A DNA stretch of 64,000 nt, from positions 448,001 through 512,000 of the forward strand of contig CAWAHW010000002.1 in assembly GCA_963781885.1 (NCBI GenBank), written 5' to 3'. The position numbers were made by a program, and so were the translations under genes. The notes below the pieces were generated by a model, which did no database searches, was not told where the DNA came from, and saw nothing but the letters and a program-made list of their open reading frames with translations. The DNA is from an uncultured Spirochaetota bacterium. GTDB lineage: Bacteria; Spirochaetota; Spirochaetia; SZUA-6; Fen-1364. Below, one piece after another: positions 1-10,223 of the stretch (positions are counted from its first letter, which is position 1; every line of letters begins with the position of its first letter).

Positions 1-196
1 GCAGGAAATCCTCCGGCCGCGCCATGATGCCGTCGCGAAGCTCCGCGGGGAGCGTTGCCGTCATTTGGCGCAGGTCGTCCGGGGAGATTGAGAACTCGGG
101 TATGATCCGGCTGGCCGCCGCAGCTGCGGCGACCGAAATCAAGGCACAGGCGACCAGTGCGGAGGCACTGAGGAAAACCCGGCCCGCGTGACGCAT
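1..196 (-). CDS. Partial secreted protein (5' end only; runs off the window), probably last visible gene of the metal-transporter operon
   Basis: Hand translation MRHAGRVFLSASALVACALISVAAAAAASRIIPEF... has a signal-peptide-like N-terminus; start lies a few bases after the upstream TAG. Confidence 0.5.
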   Translation of the reverse strand, partial: MRHAGRVFLSASALVACALISVAAAAAASRIIPEFSISPDDLRQMTATLPAELRDGIMARPEDFL

Positions 197-201
197 CGGC
201 A

Positions 202-1113
202 CTAGAACTGCGCCAGGAAAAGCACCAGGCCGAAGAGAAAGAGGATCGCGGCGCCGCCGATCTCGATGACACGGCGAAGAACAGAGTCCCGCTCCTCGTG
301 TCCTCCCGCCAGCGCCCGCACGACCCCCGTCTTGGCAAGAATCACGATGGCGCCGGTTATGGCGATCGTGGTGCCCATGCCGACTGAAATCGCTATCACC
401 GACAACACGCTGACTCCCAGCATGTGGAGCGACAGGGCAAAGAGGATCACCGCCACGGCCCCCGGGCAGGGAATCGCGCCGGCAGGCACCGCGATTCCGA
501 TCAGGCTCCTCATCGACAGATTCCGGGTGGCTTCCTCCGCATGGAGATGGTGGTGGTGAGCCTTTCCCCTTATGCGTCCGAAAAGCATGACGGCGCCGAG
601 GATGGCGATGATCCCGAAGGTCGCAAGCTGGATGTAGTGATCGGCCTGCTCGATGCCGACCGAGAAAAGGCCGCGAATGACGTAATAGAGGATAAGAACC
701 ACGGCGAGTGCCGCCAACGCGTGAACGACCGCGATCATATAGCCGATCACAATGCTATGGCGGAGCTTTGCATCGTTGGCAAGAAAGAACGACGAGACGA
801 TCGTCTTTCCGTGGCCGGGGCCGGCCGCGTGGAACATTCCGTACACCAGCGACACGAACATGACGAAGAGGAGCCCCGCGAGGGACCGCGAACCCTGCAG
901 GGAGCGCGTGATGGAGGCCATGCTCTCGTTCAGGGTCTTCTGGATGGGGGCCATGGCGTTGAACAGGAACGCGGAAAAGCCCGAGGTCATCACGTGGAGA
1001 AAACTCTCCGTATGGACACCGGAGCTTTTCGCGGTGAAGGGATTGGATCCTTCCTGGCCGAAGCAGGGGACGGCAAGAATGAAGACGACGAGGACAAGGG
1101 CGGTTCTTCTCAT
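202..1113 (-). CDS. Nickel/cobalt transporter family (RcnA/HoxN/ZevB-like) membrane protein
   Basis: YGMFHAAGPGHGKT motif, His-rich loop HHHHLH, PCPGA motif, multiple TM helices. Confidence 0.85.
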   Translation of the reverse strand: MRRTALVLVVFILAVPCFGQEGSNPFTAKSSGVHTESFLHVMTSGFSAFLFNAMAPIQKTLNESMASITRSLQGSRSLAGLLFVMFVSLVYGMFHAAGPGHGKTIVSSFFLANDAKLRHSIVIGYMIAVVHALAALAVVLILYYVIRGLFSVGIEQADHYIQLATFGIIAILGAVMLFGRIRGKAHHHHLHAEEATRNLSMRSLIGIAVPAGAIPCPGAVAVILFALSLHMLGVSVLSVIAISVGMGTTIAITGAIVILAKTGVVRALAGGHEERDSVLRRVIEIGGAAILFLFGLVLFLAQF

Positions 1114-1709
1114 GAGCTCCTCTTGAATCTGATCACGAGCTGATCGGGCATGTACTGGCCGGGCCAGAGCGGCTTCACCTTTGTCTTTTCGATCGCGAGG
1201 TCGCAGGCGACGTCCGCGCCCGCCTTCACGGTCACGTCGCTCAGATGCAGAAGATCGAATGCGACGTAGTAGCTGTCATCATAGACCGTGAGGCGCACGG
1301 TACTTTCTGAAGACTCAACGGGTATCTTCAGCGGGATGAAAAAGCTGTAGACGAGCTTGGTCTGATCGGCGACGCTCGGACTGAATTGCTCTATCGTGAA
1401 GTGACTGACTGCCTTCTTCCCGACCACCAGCGCGATGAAGTAGTGATAGTTTTCCAAGTTGTCGAAAGCGCCCGCCTTCAGCGCCTTGGCCCGGGCGGCG
1501 TCGAACTGGAAGGTGTGGTTCGGATCGTAGTCGGTCAGGATCATGTTTGAGAACATTTCATCGAAGGTCCACGTGAAATCGATCCCCTGCAGCATTCCCT
1601 GATCGAAGACCACCGTCGTGCGGTTGTTCACGAAGACGTGTGGATGGGCGAAGACGGGCATCGCGCCCATCACGAGCGCCATGCCAAGGCCGAGAATGAC
1701 GCGCCTCAT
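1110..1709 (-). CDS. DUF1007 family periplasmic protein (ZevA-like)
   Basis: Signal peptide followed by HPHVFV, WTFDEMFS, YDDSYY; 4-bp overlap with the transporter gene. Confidence 0.85.
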   Translation of the reverse strand: MRRVILGLGMALVMGAMPVFAHPHVFVNNRTTVVFDQGMLQGIDFTWTFDEMFSNMILTDYDPNHTFQFDAARAKALKAGAFDNLENYHYFIALVVGKKAVSHFTIEQFSPSVADQTKLVYSFFIPLKIPVESSESTVRLTVYDDSYYVAFDLLHLSDVTVKAGADVACDLAIEKTKVKPLWPGQYMPDQLVIRFKRSS

Positions 1710-2632
1710 TGTCCTGGCGCCTCCGGATTTGAAGGCAGGATTGTTTCACCTGCCTGAATGGCGAAGTTCTGCTGGAGGAAAGCGTCCAGCGTTCTCGCCG
1801 TATCGCCGAGCATCGCTGTCAGGCCGACGGTCTCAGTTCCCGGCGCTGCAAAGCGCGCGAGGAAGCGTTGAAAGTACGCGGACGCGTATTTCAGCGGCTG
1901 CTGCATCAGGTAGGCCTGGAACTCGTTCACGGCGAGAAAGCGATCGCCGCCGTCATAACCCAGGGAATCAAGGAAGTCAATGTAGAATTGTCGCTCGTCC
2001 GCGGGGAGGGAATCCCAGAGCTGGAAGCAGTAGTCCCTGTAGGCTGCGGAAGAAAAGAATATGCCGTGGAAGGACTCGTGGGTCAGGAGGTATCTCCGCT
2101 CGATCTCCGATGAGGCGCGCGAGATGCCCAGCACGCCGCCCGTGCCCGGTGATACCTCGTCTCCGGCGGAAATCAGGATTCCCTCGCGCACGGCAAGTGT
2201 CTCCAGAGCCTTCTCTTCGGGGTTCAGCGGAAAGCCCTGCGCGGAAGCGGCATTGTAGAATGCGGCGAGCCCGTCAGGACCGTAGTCGTGCGCGTTCCAG
2301 CCATGACGACCGGCGAGCTCTGCATTTGTCATAAGCTTCCCGCGGAATCCCTTCTTCTCGACGAAGTAGGCCAGGCGCGTGAACATCCGGTCCTGAACGT
2401 GAAAGTCGATTGCATCGATGACGATGATGTCGGGGAAACGGTCCCAGCGGAACACCTCCAGCGCCGGAGAATGCCATGCGCGGATGGGGGTCGTCATGAG
2501 CTGTTGCAGGCTCGCGGGAATAGGATCGCCGATCGACCTGACGACGGGCGCCGGCGTTGCAGGCGTAGCCAGGGCGGTCGCGGGGAGTGCCAGGATTGAC
2601 ACTGCCAGGAAAAGCGGGCGAAAACGAATCAC
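1706..2632 (-). CDS. Secreted hypothetical protein with HExxH (putative zinc metallopeptidase-like)
   Basis: GTG start at 2632 with upstream GGGAGG; signal peptide; LLTHESFHGIFF and downstream NEFQAY; stop overlaps DUF1007 start. Confidence 0.65.
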   Translation of the reverse strand: MIRFRPLFLAVSILALPATALATPATPAPVVRSIGDPIPASLQQLMTTPIRAWHSPALEVFRWDRFPDIIVIDAIDFHVQDRMFTRLAYFVEKKGFRGKLMTNAELAGRHGWNAHDYGPDGLAAFYNAASAQGFPLNPEEKALETLAVREGILISAGDEVSPGTGGVLGISRASSEIERRYLLTHESFHGIFFSSAAYRDYCFQLWDSLPADERQFYIDFLDSLGYDGGDRFLAVNEFQAYLMQQPLKYASAYFQRFLARFAAPGTETVGLTAMLGDTARTLDAFLQQNFAIQAGETILPSNPEAPGQ

Positions 2633-2804
2633 GGTCAGTTGAGGTAACCCCTCCCTACGTATCCGGTATCGGCGGACTTGCACCTGTACCTGATGGTCGC
2701 CGTGCCGCGTCCGGCCAAACGTCGTCACGAATTGAATATATGCGTTTCCGGTGCCAACGGCCCGGCCATTGCCACCCTTGCCTGTCCGGCGGTAATTTCT
2801 TTCC

Positions 2805-3509
2805 ATGAATAGCCAAAAGATCGGCCTTCTCCTGGTGTCATGGCTCGCGGTCTCCGTCTCCTCATTTTCACTCGGCATATTCGAGCGGCCCGTGACGCTG
2901 GCAGGGAACGTCATCCCGAATCCATCGGCGGCTCCCGATTTCAGTTTGAGCGATCAGCACGGGCTCCCGTTCCACATGGCGGACGCCAAGGGCAAGGTCG
3001 TGGTGATCTCTTTCATCTACACCCATTGCACCGATCTCTGTCCGTTCATCACGATGAAGCTCAAGAGCGCGCAAAATCTTCTGGGCAAGGACGCAGACAA
3101 GGCCATCTTCGTGGCCGTTACTACTGACCCCGATCGCGACACGCAAAAGGTCATCGCCGCCTACAGCCAGGCCGTCGGGTTCTTCGACTCCTGGCATTTC
3201 CTGACAGGACCCATGACCGCGGTCAAGGACGTCTGGTTCAAATATGGCGTGGGGGTGGACATTCAGAAGTCAGACGACGCAGCGGACAGCGGTAGCGCGG
3301 TTGACGCGCCCGAGCCCACGGAGGGTCTTTCTCCCGCAGAGGCCGACCTCGCGCGAACCGTTGCCGTCAAGTTCGGCGGTGGGTACGACGTCTCTCACGC
3401 CGCGCCTTTCTGGATCGTCGACCGGCAAGGGAGGATCCGTGTTTTCCTGGACGCCGACGCGAAACCCTCCGAGATCGCGGACGACATGCGCGCGCTCATG
3501 AAAAGCTGA
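2805..3509 (+). CDS. SCO family copper chaperone
   Basis: FIYTHCTDLCP (CxxxC), DPDRDT, conserved His in YDVSH. Confidence 0.9.
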   Translation: MNSQKIGLLLVSWLAVSVSSFSLGIFERPVTLAGNVIPNPSAAPDFSLSDQHGLPFHMADAKGKVVVISFIYTHCTDLCPFITMKLKSAQNLLGKDADKAIFVAVTTDPDRDTQKVIAAYSQAVGFFDSWHFLTGPMTAVKDVWFKYGVGVDIQKSDDAADSGSAVDAPEPTEGLSPAEADLARTVAVKFGGGYDVSHAAPFWIVDRQGRIRVFLDADAKPSEIADDMRALMKS

Positions 3510-3744
3510 GCTGGCGCTTTCGTCTTCTTGCAACCGTCACGGAGCCGGCGGCAGGGCCGGAGCTGCACCAGAAGAAACCGGCCAGTAAAAAAGAGATGTG
3601 TCGCTTGAATGGATTCGGAAAAAACACTACAAAACGATTCCTGTTGGTTGAAATTGTACCGACTTGGACGCATGGGAATTAGAAGTGTCTCCATAACGGG
3701 TGCGGCACGCTACGTTCGGGGCCGAAAACATGGACCGGTGAGGA

Positions 3745-4684
3745 ATGGGAAGACAGTACAGGCAATTCAAGACGATCCAGATCGCTGCGCGGCTGCTGCC
3801 GCGCAGCGTGATGTACCGCATAGGAGACGCGGTCGCCCAGCTCTACTTCAAATGGGACGCGCGCGCCCGAAGCGCCGTTGCCGGCAATCTGCGGCGGATA
3901 TATGCCGTCAACAAGCGCAGGCCGGCAGCCCCCGAGATCAATCGTCTTGCCCTCGCAGTATTCCGCGGCCTGGCGTGGAACTTCATCGACTTCTTTCATT
4001 TCATACGAATCGCTCCGGGCGCCCGCCGACGCCTCTTCACGACGGCTGGTCTCCACCACCTCGATGACGCGCTGGCACTCGGAAAGGGTGTGATCATGAC
4101 GTCAGGCCATCTTGGGGCCTTCGAAATGGGCGCCCTGATCGTGACTGCCAAGCGGTTATCGCCCCAGCCAGATCGTCCGGCCGTGGGAAGATCCGCGTGC
4201 CAACTCCCTTTTCGCGCGGCAACGGACGCGTCGCGGCGTCGATGTCATTCACCTTGGCAATGCAGCGGGGGGAAGCCTGCGTGTCTTGCGCAAGGGCGGC
4301 ATTGTCGCGATCCTCGGCGATATCGACTACACCCAGCGTGACGATCGAACGCTCTTCATGGGCGCGGAGGCGCGCCTTCCCGTCGGCCCGGCGCGGCTCA
4401 GCATCAAGACCGGGGCTCCCGTCGTTCCCTTCTTCGTCTTGCGCCGCCCCGGGCGTCGCTACGACTTGCGCTTTTATCCGCCGATCGTCCCCACCTCGAA
4501 CACAACTCTGGAGGACCTCCGCCTGCAAATTGTCAGGGTCCTCGAAAATGCCATCCAGGAGAACCCTGAACAGTGGATCCTGTTTTTCGATTTTTGGGAC
4601 TGTGCGCTGAGCCTGGATCTTGCTCGAGAGGGATTTGCAGTGCTCGCGCGATCGGGAAGAAGGCGGGACCTCACCGCAGTATAG
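3745..4684 (+). pseudogene. Lipid A lauroyl/PIM acyltransferase family (LpxL-like), frameshifted near 4150-4275 (possibly assembly error)
   Basis: SGHLGAFE catalytic motif in the first ORF; GIVAILGD, GPARLS..TGAPVVP and PEQW in the second ORF. Confidence 0.75.
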
Positions 4685-4713
4685 GCGAAGTCAGGGAATG
4701 GGCGTCGCGGCGG

Positions 4714-5145
4714 TCAGATCTGATAGTTGAGGGTACTCTCTTGTCCGGCCTGGACGAGAGATTCCAGCGTCACTTTTTCAAGGGTATCCAGCACTGTCTT
4801 GTCCAGAAGCGTCCAGACGGCTTCCACGGGGTGTGCATCCGCAGCATCCATCCCCTGCCGCCAACGGGGTCCCGTGGCCGGAGCGAACATGCCCTCCATG
4901 ACCTGGACGATCTCCCTGACGGTGATGGAGCTCGGCTCCCGCCCAAGGGCATAGCCGCCGTGGGCGCCACGGAAGGAGCTGACCAGGCCTGCCCCACGGA
5001 GCGAAATGACGAGCTTGCTGAGATACTTCTCCGAGATGTTGTGGATGCTCGCGATGTCCCTGAGGAACACCGGCTGTGCTCCGTATTTCAGCGCAAGCTC
5101 GTACATCAACTTCAGCCCATAACGGCTCCGCGTCGAAATCAGCAA
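4714..5145 (-). CDS. Rrf2 family transcriptional regulator (CymR-like, lacks Fe-S cysteines)
   Basis: STRSRYGL...ISEKYL...S.RGAHGGY.L signature. Confidence 0.9.
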   Translation of the reverse strand: MLISTRSRYGLKLMYELALKYGAQPVFLRDIASIHNISEKYLSKLVISLRGAGLVSSFRGAHGGYALGREPSSITVREIVQVMEGMFAPATGPRWRQGMDAADAHPVEAVWTLLDKTVLDTLEKVTLESLVQAGQESTLNYQI

Positions 5146-5255
5146 TCTTGCAATACTCCCTGCACAGGATATTCAAACGCTCCCGGCCAGTCAACGTGCC
5201 GGTCTTCTGTTGTGCCTGCTCGATCCCTCGGAAATCACGCGCGATGCGCGCGCGC

Positions 5256-6062
5256 TCACGGGCTGCCGAGCCGGCGTTTGCGTCGTCGACCCGCGACGAT
5301 CAGCCAGAGTGCGAGCGCGCCCGCAAGAAAAATGGTGACGGAGGCGACCACCCTCATCGTCATGAAAACAAGGGTGTGGCTTTGCGGGTCCACCCGGAAG
5401 CAGATCCGAAAAAGCCTTGCTATCGTCGGCCCGATTTTCCCCTGTTGTGCCTCCATGAGCGCGAGCTTCAGGTCCGCGGGAAGGAAGTCCGCCCCCAGCA
5501 TGTACCGCACGATCTCTCCATGCGCGGACAGGATGAAAATGGCGACGGGATGATCGAACCCGTTTCCATTCTGCCGATAGTGGAAGCCGATCGACTCCGC
5601 CACCGCGTGAATATTTTTTTCGTTGCCGGTCAAGAATCTCCATGAATCAGGGGGGAACGGTTTCTGAATCGTCTCCAGCCCGATCCTTTTTGCTTTGCGC
5701 GCATCCGCCGGCGCCTCCGATGGATCGATGCTTATCGTGACGACATTGTAGTCCTTGCCCGGCTCGGCGGGGAGGGGACCCAGCACGCCGGCAATCCCCG
5801 TGATCAGGTAATCGCAGACATTCGGACATCGGTAATAGACCAACGCGAGGATCGTCGGCGCCGTTACGAGCTGCCGCAGGGTGATGGGATCGCCGTTTTC
5901 GTCGGCGAAAGACGTGTCCAGGGGGATGGTTGCCCCGAGCTTCTGCTCGATGCCAATGTCGTCGAATGCCGATGCGGCGCCCTGTGCGTGCAGGGATATT
6001 GCGGGAAGGCAGAGCACGCACGCCGCGAGAAACACGCCCCAACGCGCATGGGAGGTCATCAT
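5256..6062 (-). CDS. SCO family protein with C-terminal membrane anchor
   Basis: YYRCPNVC, SIDPSE, FDHP, C-terminal TM helix. Confidence 0.88.
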   Translation of the reverse strand: MMTSHARWGVFLAACVLCLPAISLHAQGAASAFDDIGIEQKLGATIPLDTSFADENGDPITLRQLVTAPTILALVYYRCPNVCDYLITGIAGVLGPLPAEPGKDYNVVTISIDPSEAPADARKAKRIGLETIQKPFPPDSWRFLTGNEKNIHAVAESIGFHYRQNGNGFDHPVAIFILSAHGEIVRYMLGADFLPADLKLALMEAQQGKIGPTIARLFRICFRVDPQSHTLVFMTMRVVASVTIFLAGALALWLIVAGRRRKRRLGSP

Positions 6063-6149
6063 TGTCTAAGGTAGAGACACGACGCCGTCATGGCAAGTCC
6101 GGCACGAAACGTGCACGGTCAAGAAGATCCCGCGCGTCGGTCGAAGCCC

Positions 6150-7358
6150 TTACAAGTAGGCGTTCTCTCCCAGCTCCGCCGAATCCAGGCCTTTTTCTTC
6201 CTCATTTTCAGCGACATGGACCCGAGTGATCTTGTTGATCACCCACAAGGCGCCATAGGTGAAAAGGAACGCATAAGCGGCAGCTCCGAAACCGGCGGCA
6301 GCCTGTTTGCCAAGAAATACCCAGCCGCCGCGGAGAGCGCCGTCGAAACCGGACGCATTCACGGCCGCGCTTCCAAAAACCCCGAGGCAGAGAATGCCGA
6401 GCAGTCCGCCGACTCCGTGCACGCCCCACACGTCCAGCGCGTCATCCAGATGCACCCTGTTTTTGAAGGTGATCGCCAGGTAGCAGACGCAACCGGCAAG
6501 GACGCCGATGAGGATGGCTGCCCCGGGCGTCACGTAGCCCGCGGCAGGAGTGATGCAGGCCAGTCCCGCTATGGATCCCGTGAGCAGCCCGAGGAACTTG
6601 GGCTTTTTCTCGAAGATCCACGCGAGGATCAGCCACGTCACCGCCGCGAAGGAGGCGGCAAGATCGGTGTTCAGGAACGCAAGCCCCGTGATCTGGTCCA
6701 CCCGCAGCTCGCTTCCCGCGTTGAAGCCGTACCAGCCGAACCACAGGAGGCCCGTGCCAAGGGCGACCAGGGGAATGCTGTGGGGACCGCGGTCCTTCAC
6801 GTGCCGCGGCCCGACGAAGAAGACGGACGCGAGCGCCGCGAATCCCGCCGATGCGTGCACGACGATCCCCCCGGCAAAATCCCGGACGCCCCATTGCGCG
6901 AGCAGTCCGTTGCCCCACACCATGTGGACCAGGGGGAAGTAGACGAAGATGAGCCAGACGATGAGGAAAATAAAGTACGCCGTGAACCTGACCCTGTTGG
7001 CGAATGCGCCCGTGATGAGGGCCGGGGTGATGATGGCGAACATCATTTGGTAGACGATGAAAGCAAAGAGCGGTATCTGTCCGTCGGCGAACGGCGTGTT
7101 CAGGCTCACGCCGTTGAGGAAAGCCATCCGCAAGTCACCGATCACGGCCCCTGCTCCCCCTGAGAAGCACAACGAGTAGCCGAACGCGAACCAGATGACG
7201 TCCACCACCGCCAGGGAGAGGAAGCTCTGGATCATGATCGTGAGGACGTTCTTTCTCCCGACCAAGCCGCCGTAAAAGAATGCGAGACCCGGCGTCATCA
7301 GCATGACGAGGCTGGCCGCGATGAGCATGAAACCAGTATTGCCGGTGTCGAAGTGCAT
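6150..7358 (-). CDS. amtB: Ammonium transporter
   Basis: DFAGGIVVH, LLWFGWYGFNAGS, DDALDVWGVHG; start MHFDTG preceded by GGAGG. Confidence 0.96.
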   Translation of the reverse strand: MHFDTGNTGFMLIAASLVMLMTPGLAFFYGGLVGRKNVLTIMIQSFLSLAVVDVIWFAFGYSLCFSGGAGAVIGDLRMAFLNGVSLNTPFADGQIPLFAFIVYQMMFAIITPALITGAFANRVRFTAYFIFLIVWLIFVYFPLVHMVWGNGLLAQWGVRDFAGGIVVHASAGFAALASVFFVGPRHVKDRGPHSIPLVALGTGLLWFGWYGFNAGSELRVDQITGLAFLNTDLAASFAAVTWLILAWIFEKKPKFLGLLTGSIAGLACITPAAGYVTPGAAILIGVLAGCVCYLAITFKNRVHLDDALDVWGVHGVGGLLGILCLGVFGSAAVNASGFDGALRGGWVFLGKQAAAGFGAAAYAFLFTYGALWVINKITRVHVAENEEEKGLDSAELGENAYL

Positions 7359-7559
7359 GTGACCTCCCTTTGTGCGGGGGAGACCCGTCTCCCCGACGAT
7401 TGCAGAACGGGAAGAATTCAAGAGTCGCATGAGAGGGGAGGGGCGCCAAGCCCTTCACACACTCGGCGGGATCATACTCCCGGAGAGCGAATGGCGCAAT
7501 GCTTTTTGTTCGTGCCGCAGCGGCGCGGACCGTCCCCGCCTCCGGATGGAGGAGGCGTT

Positions 7560-7961
7560 CTACTCGGGGGCTGCCCGGGGAAGGGAAGCGCTGTTCCGCG
7601 CGCGCTCGGAAAGAATGGGGTAGGCGTCCTCGGGATCCGTGACCGTGCGCAGGATGTTCTCCGTGCTGCACGCGATTTCGTCTATCAGGACGTCCCACGT
7701 GCAGGCGACTCCCGCGCGGTCGAAGACGTCCTTCCCGAGCCGGCTCAGCAGCCCCGCGTGAGCCTTGCGGATGCCCAGCCTGACGATCAGGAAAGCGGAC
7801 CCTCTGCCGACGACCTTGTCGTGAATTTCCGCCCGGGAGACGTCGATCTGTCGCCCCATCAGAAAGCGTTCCAGCTCGAACAGGGGGTGCAGCCATTTCC
7901 CCGCGCTTTCGAAAAGCACGTTGCCATCGACGAGCAGCTCCAGGGATATGTCCGACCTCAT
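7560..7961 (-). CDS. DUF1893 family protein
   Basis: GKWLHPL...DKVVGRGSAFL...C.TE pattern; ATG 7961 with GGAGAGG. Confidence 0.7.
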   Translation of the reverse strand: MRSDISLELLVDGNVLFESAGKWLHPLFELERFLMGRQIDVSRAEIHDKVVGRGSAFLIVRLGIRKAHAGLLSRLGKDVFDRAGVACTWDVLIDEIACSTENILRTVTDPEDAYPILSERARNSASLPRAAPE

Positions 7962-8154
7962 GACGTCCTCTCCTGTCCCGATGTGACGAGCCTCAGCTTC
8001 GACGGACATTCTTTGTTGGATATTGCGTTGCGGCGACCGCGATCGCTGCATTCAACATACTATGAAAGACCCATCAAAACAACAACGGCAAAGACGCAGC
8101 AAAATTGAATCCGGCGCATGGAATCGCTACGTTTGCATCAGGGAGGACGGGCGC

Positions 8155-8742
8155 ATGAAGGCGAAGGAACAAAAAGCGGGACAAGACCCCGGTCGGAGTG
8201 ACCGCACACGGAGGCGCTTCGCGCTGTCTGAGGCCACGACGCTGCTCGCCCGTACGCCGGAAGTCCTGAACGCCTGGCTCCGCGGTCTGCCCGAGGGGTG
8301 GCTTCTGGCACACGAAGGCGGCGAGACGTGGAGCCCGATCGATGTGCTCGGTCACCTCATCCATGGCGAGCGCACGGACTGGATTCCGCGCGTCCACCGC
8401 ATTCTGGAGCATGGCGATTCGCTCGCCTTCGAGCCATTCGACAGATTCGCGCAGTTTCGCGATTTCATCGGCAGGTCGGTCGACGAGCTGCTGGACGAGT
8501 TCGCCCGCGCGCGCGATGCAAACCTGCGCGATCTCGCCTCGCTGCCGATCGACGCCGCGCTGGATCGGCCGGGCCTGCACCCATCGCTGGGGGTGGTCAG
8601 GCTGCGCCAGCTCCTGGCCGCCTGGGTGGCGCACGATCTCGACCACGTGACGCAGATCGCGCGCGTCATGGCCCGGCAGTACGCGGATGAGGTGGGACCC
8701 TGGCAGGCCTACCTGCGCGTCATCTCTGGCAGGCAGGGATGA
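8155..8742 (+). CDS. DinB family protein
   Basis: WSPIDVLGHL...HDLDHVTQIAR His triad; GGGAGG before ATG 8155. Confidence 0.9.
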   Translation: MKAKEQKAGQDPGRSDRTRRRFALSEATTLLARTPEVLNAWLRGLPEGWLLAHEGGETWSPIDVLGHLIHGERTDWIPRVHRILEHGDSLAFEPFDRFAQFRDFIGRSVDELLDEFARARDANLRDLASLPIDAALDRPGLHPSLGVVRLRQLLAAWVAHDLDHVTQIARVMARQYADEVGPWQAYLRVISGRQG

Positions 8743-8997
8743 CGGCCCGGGAGTCGGCGGGGGACCGTTCATGGTCATGTCGGCCGAGGCGAATGCCGAG
8801 GCGCTTGAACGGGAGGGCGTCTGCCGGGACCGGCGTGCGATCCAGGGATCGTGCCGAAACGGCACCCGCCTGGTTTCAGCGCAAGTTTCCGGAGCCATCC
8901 CTGACGTGCGTCGCGCATTTCTGCATGGAGTTCATGCTGCCCCCCGAATAGATCGGAAGCGACTTGATCGACCGGGGACCGGCGGGTCCTGCGGAAT

Positions 8998-9933
8998 CTA
9001 TGCTTCCTCGACTTCCTGTCCAAGCTCTGCAAGATCGTATCCGCCTAGTGACTCGATTGCAGACCGGTATTCGGCTGATCGAAGCACGGCGAGAATGCGC
9101 TGGACCTCGGGATCATCCCGTATTGCCGCCTTTATGACCATGTCCAGCTTTTCGTCGTGCAGATGAAGAAAGTCCACGCCCTGCACCTGGGAAGCAGCCT
9201 TCTCATTGCCTGTCGCCACGTCCGCGTCGCCTCGTGTCACCGCGGTCGCGGCTCCCACGTGAGACGGGACGATCTTCTCGTACCCGGCGATTCCCCGGGT
9301 GTCCAGCCCTTGTAGCCGAAGCTTCTGATCGATGAGGACGCGGATGCCGCTGCCGGGCTCCCTGTTCACCATGGCAATGTCGGGCCGCGAAAAATCCATC
9401 CATCCACGAATCTTTTTCGGGTTGCCTTTCTTGACATAGAGACCCACCGGACGCCTGGCCAAATGTACCAGAAACACCGGGATGCCGGGCAACATGCGCC
9501 GCGCGAACGGCACATTGTACGTGTCCGTCTCGGCGTCCCATAGATGCGCAGTTGCCACGTCCACGTGTCCCTGGTAAAGCGCAAACAGCCCGTTGTAGCT
9601 TCCCAGGTGCGACCGGAGGACGGGAATGCCCGAAGACGCCTCCACCTGCTGCGCCAGTATGTCCAGCATCACGTCCTGTCCGGCAATCACGAAGCTCCTG
9701 CGGGACGACGGCTCCCGCTGCTCGTCTTTTTGCGCACCGGCAAAAGGGGCGCGATCGCGCCTCTTGTAGGCTTCGACGTCCCTCAGATCGACGCGCAACT
9801 TCTTGCCCACCCTGTACCCGGGGAGCTCGCCGCGCTTGATGAGCTCATAGACGGTATTCCGCGTGATCCTGAGCAGGTCGGCGACCTCCACGGGTGTGAG
9901 GGCGTCACGTCGAGGGCTGTGCATCTGCGGCAT
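8998..9933 (-). CDS. Excisionase-type HTH + periplasmic-binding-protein domain molybdate-responsive regulator
   Basis: LTPVEVADLL..TVYELIKRGELPGYRVG HTH; GSYNGL, NREPGSGIR PBP domain; adjacent to mod genes. Confidence 0.88.
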   Translation of the reverse strand: MPQMHSPRRDALTPVEVADLLRITRNTVYELIKRGELPGYRVGKKLRVDLRDVEAYKRRDRAPFAGAQKDEQREPSSRRSFVIAGQDVMLDILAQQVEASSGIPVLRSHLGSYNGLFALYQGHVDVATAHLWDAETDTYNVPFARRMLPGIPVFLVHLARRPVGLYVKKGNPKKIRGWMDFSRPDIAMVNREPGSGIRVLIDQKLRLQGLDTRGIAGYEKIVPSHVGAATAVTRGDADVATGNEKAASQVQGVDFLHLHDEKLDMVIKAAIRDDPEVQRILAVLRSAEYRSAIESLGGYDLAELGQEVEEA

Positions 9934-10007
9934 CGTCGGAGTATACCATTGCGCGAACCTGCCATGCACGCGCGCTGGCGCGGCGGCGGAAAGAAGGAGA
10001 TGCGGAC

Positions 10008-10217
10008 ATGAAGCTGAGCGCGCGGAACGTCTTCAAGGGCAAGGTCAAGGCCATCGTCATGGGCGTCGTCAACGCCGAGGTCACGATAGAGATCCCGGGT
10101 GGCACGCTCATCGCCTCGGTCATCACAAAGGCCTCCGTGGAGAGGCTCGGGCTCAAGGAAGGAAAGGACGCGTACGCGGTCATCAAGGCGTCCAGCGTCA
10201 TCGTCGGCGTCGACTGA
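10008..10217 (+). CDS. mop: Molybdenum-pterin-binding TOBE protein (Mop/molbindin)
   Basis: MKLSARN..KGKV...SVITKAS.ERLGL..G..AYAVIKASSV; AAGGAG RBS. Confidence 0.93.
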   Translation: MKLSARNVFKGKVKAIVMGVVNAEVTIEIPGGTLIASVITKASVERLGLKEGKDAYAVIKASSVIVGVD

Positions 10218-10223
10218 TCGCCT

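Noticed and set aside
7359-7559. Riboswitch upstream of amtB
   Set aside because: Only one GC hairpin (GGGGAGAC/GTCTCCCC); no recognisable aptamer consensus
8998-9933. Phage excisionase
   Set aside because: The excisionase-type HTH is fused to a PBP domain beside mod genes, so it is a regulator
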